Source: an uncultured Elusimicrobia bacterium (lineage in GTDB: Bacteria > Elusimicrobiota > Elusimicrobia > UBA1565 > UBA9628). From it: DNA of 59,940 bases. Every line of letters begins with the position of its first letter. Positions within the stretch are counted from its first letter, which is position 1. The stretch is from positions 1 to 59,940 of the forward strand of contig CAYVFO010000001.1 in assembly GCA_964450975.1 (NCBI GenBank), given 5' to 3'. The notes beneath the pieces were generated by a model, which saw nothing but the letters and a program-made list of their open reading frames with translations, had not been told where the DNA came from and searched no databases. The position numbers were made by a program, and so were the translations under genes. Below, one piece after another: positions 28,201 to 36,488 of this stretch.

Positions 28201-30783
28201 ATGGCCGCCCCTAAGGGTCAGCGCGACTCCGCCGAAGCCTACGCCCACGCCTCGATCGTGGCCTGGCTGCCGATCCTCTACCTGCTGATCTCCTCTTTGT
28301 TCTTCCTGCGCACCTACGACTCCGCGCAGGTCAAGATCACGATGATGCAGATGGGCGGACTCGGCCTGCTGACGATGTGGCTCTGCCGCCTGGCGCTCGC
28401 CGGCCGCCACGCTTTCTCCAAGGACGACGTGATCTGCCTCTCGCCGTTCCTCGCCTACCTCGGCTGGGGCATCTTCTCGTACTGGAAGGCTCCGTACCAC
28501 ATGGCGAGCACGGACTTCTTCCTGCGCCACCTCTTCTACATGATCGTGGCCCTCATCGCGATCTACGAGCTCGACGAGCCCGCGGTCGACAAGCTCATCA
28601 AGTGGCTCATGTGGACCGCCTGGCTCGCGATCGGCTACGGCACGCTCCAGTTCATCGACAACGTCTCCTTCCCGCGCGGCCCGGGCAAGGGCATCGACCC
28701 GTTCGTCTGGCGCGGCGCGTTCGGCGACCGCGTGTTCTCGACCTACGGCAACCCGAACTTCTACGGCGACTTCCTCGTCATCATGTTCCCGATCCTGCTC
28801 ACGCAGTGGTTCAAGAAGCGGCAGACGAGCCTGCTCGTGCTCATGGGCATGCTGCTCCTCAACCTGATCATGACGGGCACGAAGGGCGCCTGGCTCGGCT
28901 TCGCGATGGTCTGCGCGATGTTCGGCGTCATCGCCTTCTGGTTCTTCCCGGAGCAGACGAAGTCCTACCGCAAGCAGGTGATCGGCCTCGTCCTCGCCGG
29001 CGTGCTCGGCTTCGTCGGCTACACGGCCAAGGACCTCTCGGCGCGCGCCGTCTCGATCAACTTCCGCCTCTTCACGTGGGAGGCCACGTGGGAGATGATC
29101 CGCACGCAGCCCTGGACCGGAACGGGCATCGGCTCCTTCCCTCCGATCTACCCCGCGTTCCGCCGCCCGCCGATCTTCCACATCGAGGGCAAGCACAACA
29201 CCGAGACCGACCACGCCGAGAACGAGTACCTGGAGCAGATGTTCGACAACGGCATCCTCGGCTTCGGCATTTTCCTCTGGCTCGTCATCAGCACCGTCGT
29301 CGTCGGCCTGCGCTCGCTGCGCGAGCTCACGAAGGCGGAGCTCCTGCGCGAGGGCCGTCCGCCGCCGCGCGCGTACGACCTCATCGGCCTGCTCGTGTCC
29401 TTCCTCGGCATGCTCGGGCACAACAACTTCGACGTGAGCCTGCGCTTCGTCTCGTCCGGCGTCTATCTCGGCCTGCTGTCCGGCCTGATCGTCAACGTCG
29501 CGCGCGGCAGCGCCCTCTACCAGCTGCACCCCCGCGCCGACGAGTCCGGCGAAGCGGAGGCGCCCGGCGCCTGGAAGACGATCTCCGAGATGCTCATCTG
29601 GCCCGCGCGCCTCGCGGCCGCCGGCGGCATCGTCTACTACGCGTTCGTGAAGGGCTGGGGCGGCTTCCGCGGCCTGCCGTTCGCCGGCATGTTCGGCGAG
29701 TTCGCGATGCTCCAGGGCCCGCTCTCGCGCATCCCCAACGGCGGCGAGCTGCTGCAGTGGTGGCTCGCGTGGAGCGTGTTCGCGGCCTGCATGCTCTGGC
29801 TCGGCTGGCGCCTCGCGCGCCTCTGCATGCTCGCCGAGAATCCCGTCGTGCCCGCGCTCGTGCTCGTCATGCTCGGCCCGCTCTACCAGTTCTGGGGCTA
29901 CTTCAAGGCCGACATCCACCACAACGTCGCGATCTACTTCTCGAAGGAGCGCAACTGGCAGCACGCCGTCTCCAACTACCTGATCGTCGACAGGCTCAAC
30001 CCCGATTTCGTGATGGCGAAGTACTTCCTCGGCAACGTCTTCAACGACCGCTTCGACATGACGAAGGCCTATCTGCCGAACTGGGGCGACCGCGACAACG
30101 TCGCGCGCGACGACTACGAGCGCGCGCTCTACTGGTACGACGAGGTCCGCAAGCTCGCGCCGAACTACGTCCAGATGCACCACCAGATCGGCAACCTGCA
30201 CCTCCGCCGCGCGCAGTACGCCGCGGACCGCGGCCTCAAGCAGGAAGCCGAGCGCTACCTCGACATGGCGATGACGCGCTTCAAGCTCTACCGCCAGATC
30301 GATCCCGTCTTCCCGCCGAACTACTACCGCATGGCGCAGGTCAACATGATCCGCCAGAAGTACGAGGAGGCCATCGAGCACTACCAGGCCTTCATCGACG
30401 CCGGCGGCTGCGAGGTGGACTCCTCCCTGCTCGAGAAGCCCTACCTGCGCTCCTCGATCCTCTCCTACCAGCAGTACGTCAACGAGGGCGGCCGTTGGAC
30501 GCACCGCCACGCGCGCGCCGATCAGCCGAGAGAGTCCGCCGAGGCCTACACGAGCCTTGCGAACGCGCAGTTCATGGCGGGACGCTACGAGGAAGCCGAG
30601 CAGAACTACCGAAAGGCGCTCTCCTACGAGCCGAACTTCGACATGGCCAAGCGCAACCTCGAGGTCACCTACCGCAAGGCGCAGGAGCTCGGGCGCCTGA
30701 AGAAGGACGCGGTCACCGACCCGAAGATCACGCCGGGACTCCCCGTCCCGACGGGCTGGCTCGTCGCTCCGAAAAAGCTCTAA
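28201..30783 (+). CDS. O-antigen-ligase-like (Wzy_C) membrane domain fused to a ~370-aa C-terminal TPR array
   Basis: 860 aa. Wzy_C loop motif TETDHAENEYLEQMFDNGILGFGIF. The C-terminal half contains repeated TPR-like units (NYLIVDRLNPDF..., ALYWYDEVRKLAPNY..., NYRKALSYEPNF...). Confidence 0.75.
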   Translation: MAAPKGQRDSAEAYAHASIVAWLPILYLLISSLFFLRTYDSAQVKITMMQMGGLGLLTMWLCRLALAGRHAFSKDDVICLSPFLAYLGWGIFSYWKAPYHMASTDFFLRHLFYMIVALIAIYELDEPAVDKLIKWLMWTAWLAIGYGTLQFIDNVSFPRGPGKGIDPFVWRGAFGDRVFSTYGNPNFYGDFLVIMFPILLTQWFKKRQTSLLVLMGMLLLNLIMTGTKGAWLGFAMVCAMFGVIAFWFFPEQTKSYRKQVIGLVLAGVLGFVGYTAKDLSARAVSINFRLFTWEATWEMIRTQPWTGTGIGSFPPIYPAFRRPPIFHIEGKHNTETDHAENEYLEQMFDNGILGFGIFLWLVISTVVVGLRSLRELTKAELLREGRPPPRAYDLIGLLVSFLGMLGHNNFDVSLRFVSSGVYLGLLSGLIVNVARGSALYQLHPRADESGEAEAPGAWKTISEMLIWPARLAAAGGIVYYAFVKGWGGFRGLPFAGMFGEFAMLQGPLSRIPNGGELLQWWLAWSVFAACMLWLGWRLARLCMLAENPVVPALVLVMLGPLYQFWGYFKADIHHNVAIYFSKERNWQHAVSNYLIVDRLNPDFVMAKYFLGNVFNDRFDMTKAYLPNWGDRDNVARDDYERALYWYDEVRKLAPNYVQMHHQIGNLHLRRAQYAADRGLKQEAERYLDMAMTRFKLYRQIDPVFPPNYYRMAQVNMIRQKYEEAIEHYQAFIDAGGCEVDSSLLEKPYLRSSILSYQQYVNEGGRWTHRHARADQPRESAEAYTSLANAQFMAGRYEEAEQNYRKALSYEPNFDMAKRNLEVTYRKAQELGRLKKDAVTDPKITPGLPVPTGWLVAPKKL

Positions 30784-30806
30784 AGCTTGCCTACTGAAGC
30801 GCCCGC

Positions 30807-31073
30807 TTGGCACTCCAAATTCCAACGCGCCATATTGAGCGCGATGTCGGTGTGGCGCGTCTTCACGAGAAACCAGTGAGCTTCGACGACCTGTTCCAAC
30901 AGCATCCCGTGGTCGCCTCCTTTCTGGCGACCGCGTTATCGTGGGCGAGCGCGCTTTACAGCCATCGATTCCATCGCCGCAGGGACATAACGACGGTCGG
31001 CATTGTGCTTCCCGCCGTGTTATGGGCGGGATTCGCCGCCGCCGTCTTGTTCTTCGGGGTTAAGCCGCGCTGA
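30807..31073 (+). CDS. possible small two-TM membrane protein (no ATG; TTG/GTG start needed)
   Basis: 88-aa ORF with two hydrophobic segments. GC3 is clearly lower than in neighbouring genes and no RBS or promoter was recognised. It may be non-coding. Confidence 0.25.
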   Translation: MALQIPTRHIERDVGVARLHEKPVSFDDLFQQHPVVASFLATALSWASALYSHRFHRRRDITTVGIVLPAVLWAGFAAAVLFFGVKPR

Positions 31074-32093
31074 TCAGGCGGCTTTCGCGCGGACGCGCGC
31101 GTTCTCGGCGGCGATCAGCGGATCGATCAAGGCGTAGATCGCCTTCGCCTCGGCGCTCGCGAGGAACGGCTGGTTCTTCGCGATGAGCCACCACTTGCGG
31201 GCCTCTTTCGCGGCGGCGAGCACCGGCGCGGGCACCATCGTCGCCTTGTAGGCGGGCAAAGACTTCGCCTCCTCGCCGAGCTCCTTGAGCATGAACTCGC
31301 GGGCCTTCGCGGGCTGGAGGTTCTTGACGAGGTAGGACGCGATCTCGGCGACGATCTTCTTCTTCTCGGCCGCGATGATGTCGGGCGGCGTGCCGCCGGC
31401 GACGAGCGCCGCGATGCCCTCGGGATACTCCTCGAGCCATTTGTGCGTGACCTGGCCCTCGTGGATGCGGCGGATCGCCAGGCGCTCGTAGATGACGCCC
31501 ACCTGGACGCCGTCGGCGAGCATGCGCGCGTAGAGCTCGTTGTCGAGGATGATCATGTCCGAGCGGTAGTGCCCGTACTTCTTGTAGAGCGCGCGCGGAA
31601 TCGCGAGGTTCGTCGTGAGATAGGGAAGAAACTCCTCGCCGACCGCGTAGTGGCCCGGGACCTTGCCTTCGGCGATGCGCATGCCGGGCGGGAACGCCGT
31701 GCCGATCAGCCGGTCGTAGCGGTGGAGCCAGCCGTCCGAGAAGACGAATCCGGCTTCGGGGCGCTTCTTGAAGAAGGAGGCGAACTTCTCGAGGCGATCG
31801 AGCGTCCAGAAGTCGTCGCTGTCGATGTTCGTGATCCACGTCCCCGTCGCCATCTCGAGGGCCATGTTGCGGCAGGCCATGTTGCCGATGTTCTTGGGGA
31901 CGCGCGTGTACTTGAAGCGGGGGTCCTTGGTCCACTCCTTGATCATCTCGGGAGTCTCGTCGACGGAGCCGTCGTCGACGATGAGGACCTCGTAGTCGGG
32001 GCACGTCTGGCGGACGACGGTCGAGAGCGCCCCGGGCAGCATGTGGGCGCGGTTGTACGTGGGGAGGACGATCGAGAACAGCGGCTCTGACAT
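31074..32093 (-). CDS. glycosyltransferase family 2
   Basis: 339 aa. SIVLPTYNRAHML...VDDGSVDET...IDSDDFW. Its ATG directly abuts the gpx TAG stop. Confidence 0.85.
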   Translation of the reverse strand: MSEPLFSIVLPTYNRAHMLPGALSTVVRQTCPDYEVLIVDDGSVDETPEMIKEWTKDPRFKYTRVPKNIGNMACRNMALEMATGTWITNIDSDDFWTLDRLEKFASFFKKRPEAGFVFSDGWLHRYDRLIGTAFPPGMRIAEGKVPGHYAVGEEFLPYLTTNLAIPRALYKKYGHYRSDMIILDNELYARMLADGVQVGVIYERLAIRRIHEGQVTHKWLEEYPEGIAALVAGGTPPDIIAAEKKKIVAEIASYLVKNLQPAKAREFMLKELGEEAKSLPAYKATMVPAPVLAAAKEARKWWLIAKNQPFLASAEAKAIYALIDPLIAAENARVRAKAA

Positions 32094-32672
32094 CTAGAGG
32101 AGGGCTTCGATCTTGCCGACGATGGACTTGCCCGTGGGCGAGTCCTCGGGCCCGAAGCGCGCGACGACCTTGCCGTCCTTGTCGACGAGGAACTTGGAGA
32201 AGTTCCACGGGATGTCGCCGTTGAAGCCCGCTTCGGTCGTCAGGTACTTGTAGAGCGGATGGATGCCGGGACCCTTCACCACGATCTTCGAGAACAGGTC
32301 GAAGGAGAGCGCGTACTTCGTCAGGCAGAAGCTCTTCACCTCGGCGTTGGAGCCGGGCTCCTGCGCGCCGAACTCGTTGGCCGGGAAGGCCGCGATGCGC
32401 AGGCCCTTCGGCTGATACTTCTGGTAAAGCTCCTGGAGGTCGGTGTACTGCGGCGTGAAGCCGCACAACGAGGCGGTGTTGACGATCAGCAGCGGGTGGC
32501 CCTTGTACTTCGAGAGCTTGACCGGCTTGCCGTCGATGTCGGCCATCTCGAACTCATGGACGCGGCCCTTCGTCTTCTCGGCTTGCATGGGATCCACCTC
32601 GCGTTTTCCCGACACGGCGGCTTTGGCGGCGAAGATCGCGGACGCGAAGCCGAGCCGGAGCCTGTCGAGCAT
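32094..32672 (-). CDS. gpx: glutathione peroxidase (Cys-type)
   Basis: 192 aa. NTASLCGFT, FPANEFGAQEPG and WNFSKFLV signature blocks, with an N-terminal extension or signal-like segment. Confidence 0.9.
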   Translation of the reverse strand: MLDRLRLGFASAIFAAKAAVSGKREVDPMQAEKTKGRVHEFEMADIDGKPVKLSKYKGHPLLIVNTASLCGFTPQYTDLQELYQKYQPKGLRIAAFPANEFGAQEPGSNAEVKSFCLTKYALSFDLFSKIVVKGPGIHPLYKYLTTEAGFNGDIPWNFSKFLVDKDGKVVARFGPEDSPTGKSIVGKIEALL

Positions 32673-32678
32673 GCTCCG

Positions 32679-32684
32679 ATTCTA
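32679..32684 (-). promoter_or_regulatory. -10 box TAGAAT 6 nt upstream of the gpx ATG
   Basis: The minus strand reads GGCTAAAGAGTAGAATCGGAGCATG, directly after the upstream TAA stop. Confidence 0.4.
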
Positions 32685-32688
32685 CTCT

Positions 32689-33345
32689 TTAGCCGTGCCG
32701 CTCCTCCAGCCACGGGTCGGCGCGGTTGTGATAACCGCGCGTCTCCCAGAAGCCGGGCTTGTCGATCGCGGAGAACTCGAGCCCGCGCAGGAACTTGGCG
32801 GACTTCCAGGCGTAGAGCGTCGGGATCACCATGCGCATCGGACCGCCGTGCTCGATGGGCAGCGGCTTGCCGTCGAGCTCGTAGGCGAGCAGGCAGTCCG
32901 GCGAGGACGCCTCGAGCAGCGAGGTGTTCGTCGTGTACTCGTCGGCCGAGTGCTGGATGAGGAACAAGGTCGATTCCTTGGGCTTGACGATCTTCAGCAG
33001 ATCGGCGATCTGCACGCCGGCCCAGCGGACGTCCTGCTTCGACCAGGTCGTCACGCAGTGGAAGTCGGAGACGAGCTCCTTTTTGGGGAGCTTCAGAAAA
33101 TCCGCCCAGGTGAGATCGAGCGGGTTCTCGACCTCGCCCCAGACCTTGAACCGCCACGTCTTCTCGTCGAAGGGCGGATGGACGCCGAGGTCGAGGACGG
33201 GGAAGTTGTCGCCGCTCCAGTGCTGGCCGGGCGGCAGCCGCTTCTTCTCCTGATTGGCGAGGCGCTCAACCTTTTCCTTCTTGAAGCGCTCGAGCATCTT
33301 CGCCTTCGCGGCGATCATCTTCTCGTTGTATTCAGGGTCAGGCAC
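32689..33345 (-). CDS. sulfite-oxidase-like molybdopterin-dependent oxidoreductase (small, YedY/MsrP-related fold)
   Basis: 218 aa. HCVTTWS...LAYELDGKPLPIEHGGPMRMVIPTLYAWKSAKFLRGLEF blocks. GTG start at 33345. Confidence 0.8.
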   Translation of the reverse strand: MPDPEYNEKMIAAKAKMLERFKKEKVERLANQEKKRLPPGQHWSGDNFPVLDLGVHPPFDEKTWRFKVWGEVENPLDLTWADFLKLPKKELVSDFHCVTTWSKQDVRWAGVQIADLLKIVKPKESTLFLIQHSADEYTTNTSLLEASSPDCLLAYELDGKPLPIEHGGPMRMVIPTLYAWKSAKFLRGLEFSAIDKPGFWETRGYHNRADPWLEERHG

Positions 33346-33362
33346 AGGAATTCAGGAATTCG

Positions 33363-33899
33363 TTAAATTCGAAAGAGGATCAGGCGCGCGGCCGCGAGCA
33401 CATCCTTCGCGACGGCGTAGGGCTTCGCCTTGTAGGCGCGGTCCTTGCCGCCCTTGCCCGTGCGCACGAGCACGGAGCGGCACCCGGCGCGGCGGCCGCA
33501 CTCGACGTCGGAGGTCTTGTCGCCGATCATCCACGAGCCGGCCATGTCGAGCTTGAAGCGGCGCTTGGCGGCGAGCAGCATGCCGGGCTTGGGCTTGCGC
33601 ATCGGACTCTTGCTGTCGGGGCCGTGCGGCGAGACGTAGAGCGCGTCCCACTTGGCGCCTTTCGCGGCGAGCAGCTTCTTCAAGCGCGCGTGGACGCGGC
33701 CGACCGTCGCCATCGTGAAGTAGCCGCGCGCGACGCCGCTTTGGTTCGTGACGACGACGAGCTTGTAGCCCGCTTTCTTGAGGAGCTTCATCGCCCGGGG
33801 CGCACCGCCGATGAGGCGCAGCCCGGCGGGATCGGCGAGATATTCCGCGTCCCGGATGAGGACGCCGTCGCGGTCGAGGAAGACGGCGCGGGGCTTCAC
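33363..33899 (-). CDS. gmhB: D-glycero-D-manno-heptose 1,7-bisphosphate phosphatase-like HAD-IIIA phosphatase
   Basis: 178 aa. FLDRDGVL, VVTNQSGVARG, RKPKPGML and IGDKTSD motifs. GTG start at 33899. Confidence 0.75.
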   Translation of the reverse strand: MKPRAVFLDRDGVLIRDAEYLADPAGLRLIGGAPRAMKLLKKAGYKLVVVTNQSGVARGYFTMATVGRVHARLKKLLAAKGAKWDALYVSPHGPDSKSPMRKPKPGMLLAAKRRFKLDMAGSWMIGDKTSDVECGRRAGCRSVLVRTGKGGKDRAYKAKPYAVAKDVLAAARLILFRI

Positions 33900-33905
33900 G
33901 ACGCT

Positions 33906-33911
33906 ATTCTA
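33906..33911 (-). promoter_or_regulatory. -10 box TAGAAT 6 nt upstream of the gmhB GTG
   Basis: The minus strand reads GGCTAAAGCTAGAATAGCGTCGTG, directly after the upstream TAA stop. Confidence 0.4.
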
Positions 33912-33914
33912 GCT

Positions 33915-34403
33915 TTAGCCGGGTTTGAAGAACCAGGCGAGCCCGTCGGCGACGCGATAGTAACAGCCTTTGAGGCGCGTCGCGATCGACGGCTCGGCGG
34001 GACGCACGCCGTTGAAGCGCAGGATCTCGCGCTCGACGCGCGGGGTGATGGGCGCCTGCAGATGCCCCGAGCCTGCGAACATGGGCTTGCCGTCGGGCTT
34101 GAGGAAGAAGGTGTAGCCGCCGTAGTCCTTCTTGTCGGCATTGGCGGGCAGGAGCTGCTTGTGCTCGCGCGCGCCGGGCGTGCCGAGCATCTGAGAGGAG
34201 ATCACCTCCGAGCCGGAGAGCTTCCAAAGCCCGATCACGGGCGTGTCGCCGGAGGCGCCGATCGCCTTGAGCAGCTCGAGGGCGCCGGGAGCGCGCGTGT
34301 CGACGACGGAGATGCCGACGCGGTGGAAGCGCGCGCCGTCCATCCGGTGGACGAGCGCCTCTGCGGGAGCGGCGAGGACGACGGCGAGCAGCCACAGCTT
34401 CAC
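33915..34403 (-). CDS. secreted protein of unknown function
   Basis: The track ORF runs to 34517, but a GTG at 34403 gives a clean signal peptide (VKLWLLAVVLAAPAEA) and is preceded by a -10-like box. About 162 aa. Confidence 0.5.
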   Translation of the reverse strand: MKLWLLAVVLAAPAEALVHRMDGARFHRVGISVVDTRAPGALELLKAIGASGDTPVIGLWKLSGSEVISSQMLGTPGAREHKQLLPANADKKDYGGYTFFLKPDGKPMFAGSGHLQAPITPRVEREILRFNGVRPAEPSIATRLKGCYYRVADGLAWFFKPG

Positions 34404-34410
34404 TGCCGCC

Positions 34411-34416
34411 AGTATA
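34411..34416 (-). promoter_or_regulatory. -10 box TATACT 7 nt upstream of the GTG at 34403
   Basis: The minus strand reads CCTTTATACTGGCGGCAGTG. Confidence 0.35.
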
Positions 34417-34527
34417 AAGGAAAGCCGGGCGCGTCGAAAGGGTCGAATGGCCCAGCCGGCGGCGCCGAAAGGCCATCCTGAAAAATCGAGGGTTTCCCGG
34501 CGTAATTCGCGGAACAATGGAACTCGA

Positions 34528-34545
34528 ACTCTTCGCGCGAAGAGT
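34528..34545 (-). terminator. hairpin (perfect 18-nt palindrome ACTCTTCGCGCGAAGAGT) after the 12-gene array
   Basis: It lies 55 nt downstream of the deacetylase stop. On the minus strand it is followed by a moderately U-rich stretch (TCGAGTTCCATTGTTCC). Confidence 0.4.
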
Positions 34546-34599
34546 CCCGGCGTCTCAGGAGCCGCCGTAACTCGCGCCGGGGCCAGTTGCGGCGGCCGA

Positions 34600-35559
34600 T
34601 CAGCCGCCGATGCCGAGCGCGCGGCGCGCGCCCTGGAGGACGTTCCGCCCGATCGAGAACGTCTGCTCGAACTTCTTCCAGGAGTCGCGGTCGTCGGTGC
34701 CGAAGCGCAGCAGCGCGTAGGGGTCGTCGCCGCGCGAGACGAAGCCCGCGATCGTCGTCAGGCCGCACTTGTAGCCCGCGCCCTTGAGCTCTTCCGTCGT
34801 CTCCGCGGAGAAGTCGTCGTAGTCGCCGTTCGGGTAGCAGAACAGGTCGCACGGCTTGCCGACGTTCTTCTCGACGAGCTTGCGCGAGAGGCGCAGCTCG
34901 GAGCGCAGGTCGTCCGGCGGCAGCAAGGTGGCGATCGTGTGGGTGTGGCCGTGCGAGCCGATCTCGACGAGGCCCGAGGCGCTCATCTCGCGGCAGTGCT
35001 CCCAGGTGACGGGGCGGTAGGCGTCGGGCGCGCCGGCCTCGAGGACGAGGCGGCTGCCGAGCTCGGCCTCGACGCCGGCGATCAGCGCGTTGCGCTCGCC
35101 GGGCAGCATGTCCTTGGCCTGACGCTGGAAGCCCTTGAGGCGCTCGCGGCGCGCGGCGGCGTCGCCGGGGGCGTTCGCGAAGGCGTACTCGAGGCGGTCG
35201 GGCCACAGCGGCACGCGCGCGTCGACGAACTCGGTCGCGGTGAAGAGGATCGCGGGCGCGTCGAACTCCTTGAGGACCGGAAAGCCGAGCGTGCGCACCG
35301 TCTCGTAGCCGTCGTCGATGGAGAGCGCGGTCGCGTAGTCCGGGAGCGGCGGCCCGCCGCTCAACGAGTCGACCACGGCGCGCAGGGGGACGATCGTCCT
35401 GTTCTTCCGCAGCCACTCGAGCTGCTTGCGGAAGGTCGCCTGCTGCAGGCGGTTGCCCTGGTAGTTGACCACGCCGTCGGACGGACGGTCGGTGAAGCCG
35501 TGGTACATGAGGACGACGGCCTGCCGGCGGCGCAGGCGGGAGAGCATCGCGCTCAGCAT
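34600..35559 (-). CDS. polysaccharide deacetylase (NodB-homology, CE4-like)
   Basis: 319 aa (3' part of track ORF 34600-37809). LMYHGF...LSIDDGY...GSHGHTHT...FCYPNG motifs. Confidence 0.8.
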   Translation of the reverse strand: MLSAMLSRLRRRQAVVLMYHGFTDRPSDGVVNYQGNRLQQATFRKQLEWLRKNRTIVPLRAVVDSLSGGPPLPDYATALSIDDGYETVRTLGFPVLKEFDAPAILFTATEFVDARVPLWPDRLEYAFANAPGDAAARRERLKGFQRQAKDMLPGERNALIAGVEAELGSRLVLEAGAPDAYRPVTWEHCREMSASGLVEIGSHGHTHTIATLLPPDDLRSELRLSRKLVEKNVGKPCDLFCYPNGDYDDFSAETTEELKGAGYKCGLTTIAGFVSRGDDPYALLRFGTDDRDSWKKFEQTFSIGRNVLQGARRALGIGG

Positions 35560-36485
35560 GGGAACATGAGGTCGTGGTCGCTGTCGAGGCCCTGCGTCGG
35601 CAGGCCTTCGAAGCCGGGCGCCTCGGGGCTCCACGCGTAGTGCGGCGTCCAGCCGCGCGGCATGCGCAGGTCCGTGCGCTGCAGCAGGACGGGGTCGTTC
35701 GTCGCGAGCCAGCAGGCGTCGGCCCCCATGTCGAGCGCCCAGCGCAGGAAGCCGGAGACGAGCTCGCCGCGGCGGCCGGCCTCGCCCGGAGCGACGTGGA
35801 GCAGGTGCGCGCGCTTCTTGCCTCGGCTCACGAAGAGCCGCGCGATCGCGCCGACGTCGCCGAGGCGCAGGCGCACGTGCTGCTCGGCGAGCGGATGGTC
35901 GAGCAGGCGCCACTTCGCGAAGTCCGCGTCGCGGACGACGTGGACCGGCGCGGCCGACTCGTCGTCGAGGATCTTCGTCAGCACCGCGGCGGAATCGGGG
36001 AGCGGCAGGACCTCGACCTCGGGGGCCGCGGCGAGCGCGGCCTTGAGCAGGGGCCGCGCCCAGGACGGCGACGGCAGGGAGCGGACTTTCGCGCTGCCGC
36101 CCTCCGCCCAGCCGAACTTGCGGAAGACGATGATCGAGCGGTCGTTGCAGAACGTGACGCGGTCGGGGCAGAGCTTCATCCACGCTTCGGTCAGTGCCTT
36201 TCCGTGGCCCCGGCCCTGGAGGTCGTGGGCGACGTGAAAATCCACGAACCATATGGCGGTCCGCGGGGGCTCGCCGCCGCGCTTGATCTTGACGGGGATC
36301 GCGCCCGCGTGGCCGCGCACGCGGCCGCCGTCGACGAGCACGAGCGGCTCGATTCCGGGGAACTCCCCGACGCGGTAGAGCCAGCGCCAGTGCGCGGAGA
36401 GGAACTCCGCGCGCTCCGGGAACGCCTCGGCGTAGAAGGCCCGCAGCGCGGGCTCTTCTACGCTCGAGGCGGGCCGGATCTCCAT
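35553..36485 (-). CDS. GNAT-family N-acetyltransferase with C-terminal extension
   Basis: 310 aa. Acetyl-CoA motif A LQGRGHGKAL. Its 3' end overlaps the deacetylase start by 7 nt. Confidence 0.6.
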   Translation of the reverse strand: MEIRPASSVEEPALRAFYAEAFPERAEFLSAHWRWLYRVGEFPGIEPLVLVDGGRVRGHAGAIPVKIKRGGEPPRTAIWFVDFHVAHDLQGRGHGKALTEAWMKLCPDRVTFCNDRSIIVFRKFGWAEGGSAKVRSLPSPSWARPLLKAALAAAPEVEVLPLPDSAAVLTKILDDESAAPVHVVRDADFAKWRLLDHPLAEQHVRLRLGDVGAIARLFVSRGKKRAHLLHVAPGEAGRRGELVSGFLRWALDMGADACWLATNDPVLLQRTDLRMPRGWTPHYAWSPEAPGFEGLPTQGLDSDHDLMFPC

Positions 36486-36488
36486 CCG

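Noticed and set aside
28186-30825. An 879-aa minus-strand ORF and an 806-aa plus-strand off-frame ORF over the Wzy_C-TPR gene. The same pattern occurs at 19362-21310, 34400-38066, 40556-42705, 49785-51908, 52232-54768 and 54811-58148.
   Set aside because: Same reasoning as above. These are shadows of real genes on the other strand or in another frame, and none has a recognisable motif.
32094-32672. Possible selenocysteine recoding in the glutathione peroxidase.
   Set aside because: The active-site codon encodes Cys (NTASLCGFT). There is no in-frame TGA and no SECIS-like hairpin.
33346-33361. A tandem 8-mer, GAATTCCT GAATTCCT (two EcoRI sites), between gmhB and the Mo-oxidoreductase gene.
   Set aside because: There are only two units in a 17-nt spacer. 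I could not assign a convincing promoter, SD or structure, so it is probably a chance duplication.
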